From assembly GCA_946965045.2 (NCBI GenBank), contig OX337241.1, forward strand, positions 1,364,001 through 1,428,000: DNA of 64,000 bases, written 5' to 3'. The translations under genes and the position numbers were made by a program. Source of the DNA: Epithemia pelagica. Its lineage: Eukaryota > Protista > Bacillariophyta. Every line of letters begins with the position of its first letter. Position 1 is the stretch's first letter. The notes under the pieces were generated by a model. That model ran no database searches. It was not told the origin of the DNA and saw only the letters and a program-made list of their open reading frames with translations. Below, piece after piece: positions 55,601 through 64,000 of this stretch.

Positions 55601-56851
55601 AGACATCAATCCTTCAGGATGTTGCTTTTTCGACTTCCAGGGATAAACGTGGTCGAATCCTTTGCCGTCTGTAAAGATCGAGGCGCCCGTGTCCCCGTTC
55701 AGTGATACTTCCTTGGCAAACATCTCGTCCGAGTACCAACGGCCTTTCACATTAGGGAATTTGAGCCACGGTGCCTTCTTACGGACCTTACGTTCAGATG
55801 GGATTAATACGTTTCGTACTCCAGCCTGCGTCGTCACTTTAAGCGTATTCTTCGCTTTGGGTAAACCAATGCCCCAACGTTGTGACAGTACGGCTGCGTC
55901 AAGCACTCCCTTTCCAGCAGGATCGGCTGGGGAAGACTCGTTAGCAGTCTTGATCATGTACAGCCGACGTTCACGTTTGTCCTCCGGGACTACATCAGGC
56001 TCCTCCTTCTCTGGATGAACAGTGACCGTTGCTATCAAGCGTTCGTATAGGTCGTCGCCTTGTGCGTCGGCGTCCAGATCGGGTGATGGATTGGCAAAAG
56101 CATGCTGGTACGTTCGCACTGCTTTGATGAGTCGTGGAATGGAGGATGCGGCAATCGAATTCGGATCGCCATTGCGAACGACAGTAGCGGCAGCTACACC
56201 CAGTTTCTCCTCCGCGTCCGCAAAGGCGGTAGAACGAGGTTGCCATGGGCTATCGGCAGTTAGCACAACTTGTGGCAAGTGTTCCAGCTCGTCAGAAGTG
56301 GGTTTGCGAGTGGCGAAACCACTTATCACACCAGCCATGGTGAGCGGGATAGTGAGATCGGCATCCGGTACGTGGATACTATGCGTGCTGTGCGGGTCAA
56401 ACTGTTTAGGTACGTCGTTGACAACGATGCCATGGGCACGCATTTGGTTCGGACAGAGTAACGAACTGCCCATACGGTCCCCTAAAAACAATGCTTGGTG
56501 GATAACAAGCAAGTAAGACTGGTTTTCGCTGTCAGTCCAGACAGTGGCAACAGTCGCAATAGGGACATTGGTCAGCGGGTTATATTCCTCCGCGAACGGA
56601 TGCACACTGATATAGCGGTGGGCTTCGGAGAGCATTACGAAGTCTCTTCCCACGGCACAGGTGTCCGCATGTGAGTCCAACTCACAGGTGAGCTCAATGG
56701 TCTCAACACCATATTCGTCGGTGTTCATAGCACATAGACGATGTGCGAAACGTTTAGAATAACTATAATGGGTGCCTACATGTGTATTCGATTGAACAAT
56801 AAGATTCGTTTTATCAAGTTTTACTGCTTCGGCAGCGGATACACAGGGCAC
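52622..56851 (-). CDS. Element C Pol (PR-IN-RT-RH), uninterrupted
   Basis: PR CELDSHADT; IN WYSDEMF, MVSDGA and WQNAAE; RT ARLVAGG, GDVQNAYL and VYIDD; RH FVDADHAG and TFGSEF. Confidence 0.94.
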   Translation of the reverse strand: MPCVSAAEAVKLDKTNLIVQSNTHVGTHYSYSKRFAHRLCAMNTDEYGVETIELTCELDSHADTCAVGRDFVMLSEAHRYISVHPFAEEYNPLTNVPIATVATVWTDSENQSYLLVIHQALFLGDRMGSSLLCPNQMRAHGIVVNDVPKQFDPHSTHSIHVPDADLTIPLTMAGVISGFATRKPTSDELEHLPQVVLTADSPWQPRSTAFADAEEKLGVAAATVVRNGDPNSIAASSIPRLIKAVRTYQHAFANPSPDLDADAQGDDLYERLIATVTVHPEKEEPDVVPEDKRERRLYMIKTANESSPADPAGKGVLDAAVLSQRWGIGLPKAKNTLKVTTQAGVRNVLIPSERKVRKKAPWLKFPNVKGRWYSDEMFAKEVSLNGDTGASIFTDGKGFDHVYPWKSKKQHPEGLMSLIHNVGIPQTMVSDGARELFLGKSREICNEYRIKMEKTVPYSPWQNAAEASIRELKKGVVKIMRTTGAPRRLWSYALKWCSHVRQLTASDIPELDGRTPFEHVIGSTPDISPLAMFQFYQPVYYRMPMAQFPFEKRLIGRWLGLADDCTDDMAYEILTQEGNHVTRKDVWAIPEDDLKNPMIHQQLLDYDAAIQTQMKEPPSDGTTGSDPPPDLFDEGELLEPLFPEAEALESDAYTPEELDEYLTAEVMLPRGGESARAKIIGRTKDSHGRPIGERDANPILDTRYYDVQFPDGSVESYATNMIAENLYSQVDPEGNAFNTLKAIVGHRSDETAVKRTDASFLDGTSHHTTKGWELQCELSDQSTVWLPLKDVKNGNMIEAAEYAVSTGIAKEPAFAWWVPRALCKRDHIIKKVKSRYWKRTHKYGIELPHSVEEALAIDRRTGTDFWRKAIEKEMKNVGIAFEFPADGEVPSGYKHIPCHMVFDIKSDLRRKARLVAGGHKTDPPKESTYSSVVSRDSVRIAFTIAALNGLDVLVGDVQNAYLNAPTKEKTYTTAGLEFGPDKVGQSALIVRALYGLKSSAARWRDHIAATLRDMGFKMCQADPDVWLRANTRPSDGFQYYEYVLVYIDDLLIVSHDPKTVMQDLQRRYTIKPDSIKPPDEYLGSEIRRYTIPDTQDPSNRDRWAMSADKYCKRALAEVETELEKSGEKLKSKVTTPIADGYRPELDATPELDARRANYYQGLIGILRWIVELGRIDITTAVSHMSRFMANPREGHLEQTLHIFAYLKKYDKSAIVFDDTTPDFDESRFTRPDWSEYYPDAAEPIPPNAPAPRGNAVTTTCFVDADHAGCRVTRRSQTGVLLFLQRARIMWYSKRQNTVETSTFGSEFVAMKTAIEMIEAFRYKLRMMGTPLDGETNVFCDNESVFKNSTQPESVLKKKHNAIAYHRTREAQAAELVRIAWEEGETNLADILTKLLPGPRLRFLAQRIMW

Positions 56852-56857
56852 ACTCCA

Positions 56858-58933
56858 TCAGGAGGAATTAGACATGTCGGCAGACTTGTCAGAGACATTG
56901 GGGTCACGGACATCAAATTCAAGATCGGCGGAATAACGACCGCATACATTACGCCTTCGCTCTGCGGCAGCCAATTGTCCATTGGCAAGCATAGTGTATT
57001 TCAAAGCTTCATCGAACACTTCCGTGTGCTCGGCTAAGCGTTTGCACACATGGTACATTTGGCGCTCTTCTCGTTCATAGCCTGACATTTTAGACCAGCG
57101 CCAAGACCAAATTGGACTATTGTGTACAATAGTGTCGATCTCTTCGCGGAAGCTTCCTTTTAGCATACTTTGGTCATGCTTGGTAAGTGAGCGGACGTTG
57201 CGAGGCCCTTCAGCAAACTTGCCTTTGACCGGTAGCGGCAGCTTTACAAAGATGTCGCCGTGTTCCGGGACTGGAGGGATGGTCATATGACTCATATCAG
57301 GACGTCCGTCCTCTTCCCATTGCCACATCGGTGGATAGGTCTCATATTCCCCCATGGGGCGAGTACGTACGGATTTGACGGACGCAGATCCGGGTTCGTT
57401 CGGTTGTGCTTTAGCCTTATGCGCGAAACGTCCAAAGCTGTTGCCAGCTGAGGACTTTGTCGGCTGCGAATCATCTTCGGATGATTTTGCAGGTGAGGCG
57501 GAAGCGCGGAACTTAGAGTGCTTGTCTGGCGACGGTGCGTTGTCAACAGAGGAATCAAGCAAGTTCTCGTCCACTTCCATAATGACCGATACGTTGGTCT
57601 TAGCCTCAGGCTTAGCGTCGTCATCAATGTCTACTGAGATTGCGTCCTCAGCAGTACTCCCATGCGACGTTTTCGACCTCTTCGACGATGCGTTGGAAGA
57701 GTCGTCTGTGGTGACGGATCCAAGCTTCCGCTTTTCTTTGCGCTCTTTGCGAAGAGCTTGGACTTGTTTGCGTTCGTCCTCCGTCAGGTCTGCCCATTCG
57801 TCGGCATCGTAGTGACCAGCATGAACGCGGTCCTTCTTCTTCTTGCTCTTTTTCTGATTGCGCCCTTTGCCCTTTCCTTTGCTTGGGGTGGTAGTAGCAG
57901 CGGCGATCTTGCGAGAGTCGTCCTGCGTTTCGGTTTTGGCGGCACTGTGCACAGTCAAGAAGTATTGCTGGCACGCTTCGAAGTTCTCTAACTTCTCCTG
58001 GTCACCGTTGACGACGGTCTTTGCTTGGACGAGCGTCGGATCGGTGATCCCATTCATGAAATCGGTCACTTTTTTCGTTTCCGCGACCGTTTCGCCAAGC
58101 TCTTCCAGGGTGTTGTGCGCATGTTGGTGACGGTGAATGTAGTCATGGAAGCGGTACTTCCCTCGTCCTGTAAACTTAGCATTTGCGATCTGCGCATAAG
58201 CCTGTTTCTTGCACAGGATGCTTGCGGCTTGTCCAGTGGCTTGCCGCTTGACGGTTCGGTAGGCCTCACGGCCGTCCTTTGATTTTGCATGCGTTTTAGC
58301 AAACGTCCATGCCGGACCATCGTAGATAAGAGGGTAGTACAGCTCATACACTCTGCGTCGGTCGGCTTTGTACTGGTCCCCCTCATGACGAGTGGTCGCG
58401 ACTAGGTCGTCGTCAATGTAGTCGTAATCGGCGGGTAGTGCGTCGTCCGGTACGTCAGACTCCTCACGCAATACGTAGGTGAGCGGCACTCCCGTTGTCG
58501 GATTACGGTGCTGACCCAAGTACGTGCGCCACATTCCGTCGTGACGTTCCCAATCGGCAAGGTTCGTTAGCTTTTTGGGTGGTACTGGGTCATCTTGACC
58601 ATCAGTGGTGGTGGCATTCGCGAGTTCCGTTACGCGTCTCATCCACTTGGTGATTACGTCACCAGTATAAGCACCAGCATCAAGGTCCTGACCACGGACA
58701 GAACGGTATTCCAACCACATTCGGAAGCCAAGGAACTTCAGGTTGAATTGGTAGGGTAGGGTGACACCGTCGGGTAGGTTCTTGGCTAGTGTCTTCAGCA
58801 TAGGCTTTACTTCGTTGATAGGAAACTCCAGGAACTGATCCGTTGTCGTGAAGCCCTGTTGCGTTAGGTACCCAACGGTAGCATTGTCGTAGCCACAGCG
58901 GCCCAGTGCAGTACGGAAGGCATTTGCGGCCAT
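56858..58933 (-). CDS. Element C Gag with C-terminal extension
   Basis: CoDi-like Gag (GVPLTYVLR, YADLYDGPAW-like YPLIYDGPAWTF, KKVTDFMNGI, HYDADEWADLT). It ends at a single TGA in frame with Pol. Confidence 0.9.
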   Translation of the reverse strand: MAANAFRTALGRCGYDNATVGYLTQQGFTTTDQFLEFPINEVKPMLKTLAKNLPDGVTLPYQFNLKFLGFRMWLEYRSVRGQDLDAGAYTGDVITKWMRRVTELANATTTDGQDDPVPPKKLTNLADWERHDGMWRTYLGQHRNPTTGVPLTYVLREESDVPDDALPADYDYIDDDLVATTRHEGDQYKADRRRVYELYYPLIYDGPAWTFAKTHAKSKDGREAYRTVKRQATGQAASILCKKQAYAQIANAKFTGRGKYRFHDYIHRHQHAHNTLEELGETVAETKKVTDFMNGITDPTLVQAKTVVNGDQEKLENFEACQQYFLTVHSAAKTETQDDSRKIAAATTTPSKGKGKGRNQKKSKKKKDRVHAGHYDADEWADLTEDERKQVQALRKERKEKRKLGSVTTDDSSNASSKRSKTSHGSTAEDAISVDIDDDAKPEAKTNVSVIMEVDENLLDSSVDNAPSPDKHSKFRASASPAKSSEDDSQPTKSSAGNSFGRFAHKAKAQPNEPGSASVKSVRTRPMGEYETYPPMWQWEEDGRPDMSHMTIPPVPEHGDIFVKLPLPVKGKFAEGPRNVRSLTKHDQSMLKGSFREEIDTIVHNSPIWSWRWSKMSGYEREERQMYHVCKRLAEHTEVFDEALKYTMLANGQLAAAERRRNVCGRYSADLEFDVRDPNVSDKSADMSNSS

Positions 58934-59424
58934 GGTTCAAGGGTCGGATGAAGGGTAGGAGGGTAGTAGAAGGTCAAACGGATGGCAAGGGAAGGCTTGT
59001 TCTTGTGCAGAAATTTGCAATTGTGATGAGAGGAGCGAATTTCTGTGAGCCAACAATCTGCGAGTCGGCGAGTAGTCGTCCGGCGATTCCGCGAGCGAGC
59101 GAGCTAGCGATCGGCGAATCCGCGAGTCGGCGAACCGGCGATTCGCGAGCAAGCAGGCACGTGTCAAAAGCCAGCAGGCTTATATAATTGAGTCGTACGG
59201 AGCGCGTGGATGGACGGTCCACGTGTACGAGCACGTGCACGGTACGTTGTGCAGTCGCAAGTCACAAATTAGCGAGTGGGTCCCACAGTGACAAAAACAA
59301 GTCACAGAGATGACGCAAGCGAGCGAGTGACGAAGCCGCTTAGCGCGAACAACTCCCGAGCGTTGATCAGGCGCTTGCCGTCCGGCGAACAGTGGGGAAA
59401 CAACAGACAGTGGGTCTGATAAAC

Positions 59425-59664
59425 TGAATAAAAACTGACGGCCAGACGCAATATACGGCTTGCAACAATCAAACTATCAGAAATTATGATGACTAAACTA
59501 GGGGTGCCCTTTGGGGGCAAATCGCTCACGTAGGGGCCAAATAGCGACCACGGTACCCACTAGCGAACACATAACTAGGGGCCGGGCGATGCCAGGCGGT
59601 GCGTAGCGAGGCATGGCGAGGCCCTTCGTAGGTTACAAAGAGGGCGCCCGTGATTATTTATTCA
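59425..59664 (-). repeat. 5' LTR of element C (240 bp)
   Basis: Direct repeat of 52261-52500. Confidence 0.96.
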
Positions 59665-59866
59665 GAAGCATGGACTTTGGTCCGTCGACGTGGCAAAAGC
59701 AACAATAGGCAAGAGGAACAAGCAAGAGTTCATTCTAAGGAGATTACGTAGTTCGATAAGCCTATAAAGAGTTGCTTTTACGGCACGGCTTGTTTGAGTT
59801 TCAACATAATCTCCTTAGAAATAAAGCATTATATTGTATCACAGACTGTGAAGGGAACTACGGTAT

Positions 59867-60537
59867 ATGAGCGAGAGACTTGAAGCGCGTTGGCAAGATA
59901 TATTGGCTCAATTGGCTCAGCTGACTCTCGAGGAACAAGAAGAAGTACACTCAATTGAAGAGCGCTTTCAACAAGAATACCGAAGAAGAGAAGCTCAACA
60001 CCGTCAAACGGTGGCGGCTCTTGAGCGTCAACGAGAAACGGATCGTGACAACGCATACGACGAGTGTGAGATTCGGAAGCAACTTGTGTTTGAAAAAGCT
60101 CAGGCAAACGTGACAGTTTGTTGAGAGAAATCCAATTCCTTGACGAGGACAAGACACCTGTCCCAGAACCCCGATCAACTACACCGGATCCACCGCAACC
60201 ATCAAGACAGGCGACGCCCGAACCAGAGGTAAAACAGACAGCTGGACCAAGATCCCAAAACAGTACGCCTCAATCTCAAACAAGTCATCCAGTGCAAGTC
60301 CCACAGCCTCCTTCAATCGCATCGCAAAGAAACAGCCCCATAAGGTGGATCCCAATTGGAACTAGAGTGTGGGTACTCAATCCCCTCAAGTTGAAGAATC
60401 AAACCTCCACCACCTATCTTGAAGGAGTCATATCGCGACACGGTAGTTTCTACCACTTCCTACGCATTTGGAATCCATCTACCGGGAAACACGAAGAACA
60501 TCGTCGACACCGAGACGGCCTAGCTGTAATCGAATAA
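59867..60537 (+). pseudogene. Coiled-coil, Pro-rich linker and KOW/SH3-like small domain; one frameshift near 60108
   Basis: Restoring one A joins ...EKAQA to KRDSLLREIQF. C-terminus IPIGTRVWVLNP..EGVISRHGSFYHFLRIWNP..EHRRHRDGL looks like a small beta-barrel. Confidence 0.5.
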
Positions 60538-60560
60538 GATGTCGACTGGTGGGAACGGCC

Positions 60561-63500
60561 AGTTACAACAGAGCACATCTAGCACCATTAGATCTAGGTG
60601 TGACATAGCATGACATAGCTACGACATAGAGGAAAGCAGCTGTCCTGAAGTAAGACAGACGCTCGTGTTGCAGTTGAACGGACGAACAACAGATGGATTT
60701 AGCCGAATAGTAACTTCACCCAGCAGTCCAGGAAGATTCATGTACTAATTATTCATATACATGCACAATGCAAGTCGCGAGCCTACACATCCGTTCATAC
60801 GAACGCAAGTTGGACGATACCTCTAGTCGTAATATCTTCTCTCTCAAATTGAGAATTACACAAAGATAACGATCGACCTTCAGATGATCTAGCAGGCCTG
60901 TTCCAAAGGTAAGTACCTTCTAGAAAGAACATTCATAAGGCCCAAACAATCAGGAGAGGTGAATACTCTCATCTAATCATGAAGAACAAAAAGAACAAGG
61001 AAGAACTATTCTCCAAGAGAGAAATGGAGCGGCTAAGTTCTCCTTGAGATTGGAGATCGATCAGACCTGAAAATCACTTTCATGTAGATTAATCTCACTC
61101 TTTTCTAAAACACAAAAGTTACAAGCAACTGTTGTCTACAAAAGGAGTCAACCTATATCGTAGACCGAAGGTGAGGGCCCCATCGTCGATCCAACGTGAT
61201 AGGTTGACTAACATTGCTACCCAACTGAACTAACCCCGATTATCAAGTCGTTATCACACCTAGCTAGCAGATATCCTAAGTGGTTGATGAGCCCAAATCA
61301 AGGCTGATAAACCATACGCTATTCTCTCTATCGATCGATTTATCAAGAAGTTAACTACCTTGGAGGACTACCACTGAGTCGTCCCTACCAAGCATCCAAA
61401 GCGCGCAAATACTACTGGAGCCAATCAAGGCCCCAACCAAGAATCCACAACGGCGGACGACATCTCCCCGACCTCAAGTGGACTTGGAAGCTTCGACTGG
61501 TTGAATTCGGACAGTGATACCAACTCCAATCCAGATCCCCAGCAAGAGACCGTCGACCCTCTAGAAGCACCGAACAGTGATCCAACTGCCGATCCAAACG
61601 CCCAACGCGAATCCCAGCAAGAGACCACTCGACCATTGCAAATTGTTCCACCTGAGACCGACCCAACGCGAACTGCCACATCAGAAACAGATCGGACAAG
61701 ACCGTTGATTGGTGTATCGAGATCCAGGAGGAGACAGCAACGAATCATGGCAGCAAACGACGATCCACAAGAAAACACGGACGTTTTCATGCCAGACAAG
61801 CCCATCATGGGCGGACTGGTGCAGTCCTGACGTAACGAGTACTTCGTTTGGACTGGAGGAAAACCGAAACATGACTGGTCCAAGTTAGATGACTCAGCCA
61901 AGACGGAACCTCTCAGGAGTCTCCAGTTACGTACCTTAACAGACAAGCGGTACATCGACCGCGTAACTGGACCTATTGACAAGTTTGACAGGAAGAAAGG
62001 CGATTTCTCGCGATTGCAGGATGAGCTCAATCGGCACTTTGTCAAACATGGGATGGACACGATTGTGTACTTACCTGACCCCAAGAACTCCACATCGATG
62101 ATCAACATCATCACAGAGCATCCTCGTTTCACCAACGAGCGCGTCCAGGACCTGATGGCAGTGCAGATCCAAAATTACGATAAGTACGATCAGAACAACA
62201 ACGCAGCGGCTCAGGACTACTTACTCGATTCTCTCGAGAAAACCTTTTGTCGCAAAGTAGAGGACCAATCCCGCTCTGCGAACTCGTTTCCCGTCCTCTT
62301 TATGGTAATCGTCCGCATCATTACGGACGACTCCATCGAACATTGGGAGCTGGTAAAGGGTGAGATGCGCAGTCTGGTACCACAACAGTACTCAGGACAC
62401 GACATTACCGCACTTACCACTGATTTCGCGAACAAGGCACGTCCTCTTTCGGCTGCTGGTCTTTATGACCACACCATCACCGCGAATCTCCTCAAGAACA
62501 TCCTCACCGCTGAATGGCCGGAAACTCCAAAATTTGACCTCTTGATTCTCAACAAGAAAGTCAAAGACGCCGTAGAACACATCCGTTTTCTCGATCGTTC
62601 CGTCGCTGACTCCTACATGAGCACCAACAAGCTCCTGTACACGCACGTCTCCGAGATCGCCAACAACCGGTACCTTGTTAGTGTCAAGCAAGGCGAATGG
62701 AGTGCCAAAAGCTCCCACAAGGACAGCAAGGCCTTACCTGTTTCTTATGGCGGGAACCTGACAGTGACAAACAATCGCCGTGGCAAGACCCGTATCGGCT
62801 ACCAAGCCAATGCCCTCTTCCCTCAGATGCAAACGTATGGTAAGAGCAAGAACAGTTTTCGTGAGAAGGGGAAGAGCAAGAGCAACAACAAGTTCGAAGG
62901 CAAAACGGACAAGCCTTCTTCCACACCCAAAAACGACTCTACTCACCAATGGAAACGTGTTCCCCCTGCAGACGGCCAGCCGGATGAACGTACCAAAGAC
63001 GGCCAAACATATTTCTGGTGCGGCACTTGCAAGATCTGGAACACCACGCATCGTACTAGCGAGCATATTGTCGGATTCAAATCCATGGCCAAGAACAACA
63101 AGAACCAACAGAAACATAAAGCATCCGCTCATGTTCTTGAGTTTGACGCAACGGCCTGGAAAGCAGAACTCGACCTCCATTCTCGCTACTGGGACAGGGA
63201 CATTGTCAGAGAAATGGACAAGGAAGAATATGAGTTCTGTGAAGACAACTCAGAGGACGACGATTACGACCACTGTGACGACTCACCTGATGAGGAATAC
63301 GAACTTTGTGCCTTCATGGCCTCCTTTGAAGAAGACAAAGAAAGCAAAGAAGAAAGGTATGAAGAAACCAAGTCCAATGAAGATTCAAGCTCGCTCTTCT
63401 CCAACACCACTCACCAAGCTGTTACACCGGATCGTGTCACTTCAGCCAACATTAAAGAAAAACAGTTCAGTGAGAGTGATATGGAAGACTCATCAGGGAC

Positions 63501-64000
63501 CAGTACCATTGGAACGTTTGAGCCTACCTTTCCAGTCGTCGAGCCATCCAAGAACAACGGACCAACATACTTCGATCAATGGAATGACATGGACCTCACG
63601 ATGACAAACAACCATGATGACGATCCGCTCGATCCATTGAATGACGCTGCAACCCAACGATTTCTCGAGGACATGTACGACAAAGAAATCACAGCAGCAG
63701 CAGCAATCAATGAGAACTACGACGAAATGGAAAGTGAAGAGACAGATCTCACTTACAAAACTCCTGAAACAAGCACGGACACATCGACCGATGCAATCAA
63801 GCATCTCCAAGCTGGACAATTGGCGAGTCTGGAAAAGAAACTACCAGCCATCTCTCCAATCCATCAGGCACGACCTCTGCCACCACGGCCAAATGCTCCC
63901 TTGCCCTTTTCTCCGAACGATCCGACTCCGCCACCTCCTCCTCCAAGACGACGGCTGAGCATCCCTGCATCGACAAAATATGCAATGCAGCATATCATTC
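60561..64000 (+). mobile_element. Second copy of copia family A (A'), 5' part, truncated by the window edge
   Basis: 721-bp LTR at 60561-61281, PBS at 61282-61294, and internal sequence nearly identical to the reverse complement of about 22820-25533. Confidence 0.95.
61501..64000 (+). pseudogene. A' Gag-extra region polyprotein with a premature TGA at 61828-61830
   Basis: CGA in copy A is TGA here. The frame then appears open to the window edge and reads through the Gag end (CAT AAA GCA at 63115-63123). Confidence 0.88.

Larger units (their letters stand above)
52261..59664 (-). mobile_element. Ty1/copia (CoDi-like) LTR retrotransposon C, full length and near-intact, 7404 bp
   Basis: 240-bp LTRs at 52261-52500 and 59425-59664 with one difference seen; termini TGAATAAA...TTTATTCA; flanking GAAG on both sides; order Gag-PR-IN-RT-RH. 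Confidence 0.96.

Overview
Eukaryotic nuclear DNA, very probably from a diatom. The evidence is CoDi-type Ty1/copia elements, a spliceosomal intron and a Lys-rich secreted protein. The window is a transposon-dense block with only three clear host genes: a fucosyltransferase-like type II membrane protein, a two-exon fasciclin protein, and an intron-containing tRNA-Asp. From left to right: (1) a DIRS/Ngaro-like retroelement running off the left edge; its ORF1 and RT ORF are in one frame separated by a single TGA-CGG, and the RT ORF seems to begin with a degenerate C5-DNA-methyltransferase-like fold. (2) A large DDE-transposase-like gene convergent with an unknown gene. (3) A nest in which a CRE-like non-LTR element is split by two complete copia elements, A and B, and A is itself interrupted by a Tc1/mariner transposon. 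(4) A zone of degenerate copia fragments at about 38.8-46.7 kb. (5) A near-intact third copia, C. (6) A second copy of family A running off the right edge. Family A is the most unusual. Its three 721-bp LTRs and a 5-bp TSD define AGT...AGT termini instead of TG...CA. Its reconstructed polyprotein of about 2,690 aa carries an extra region of about 880 aa with transmembrane-like segments between Gag and protease. All family assignments come from motif recognition by eye; no database search was run.
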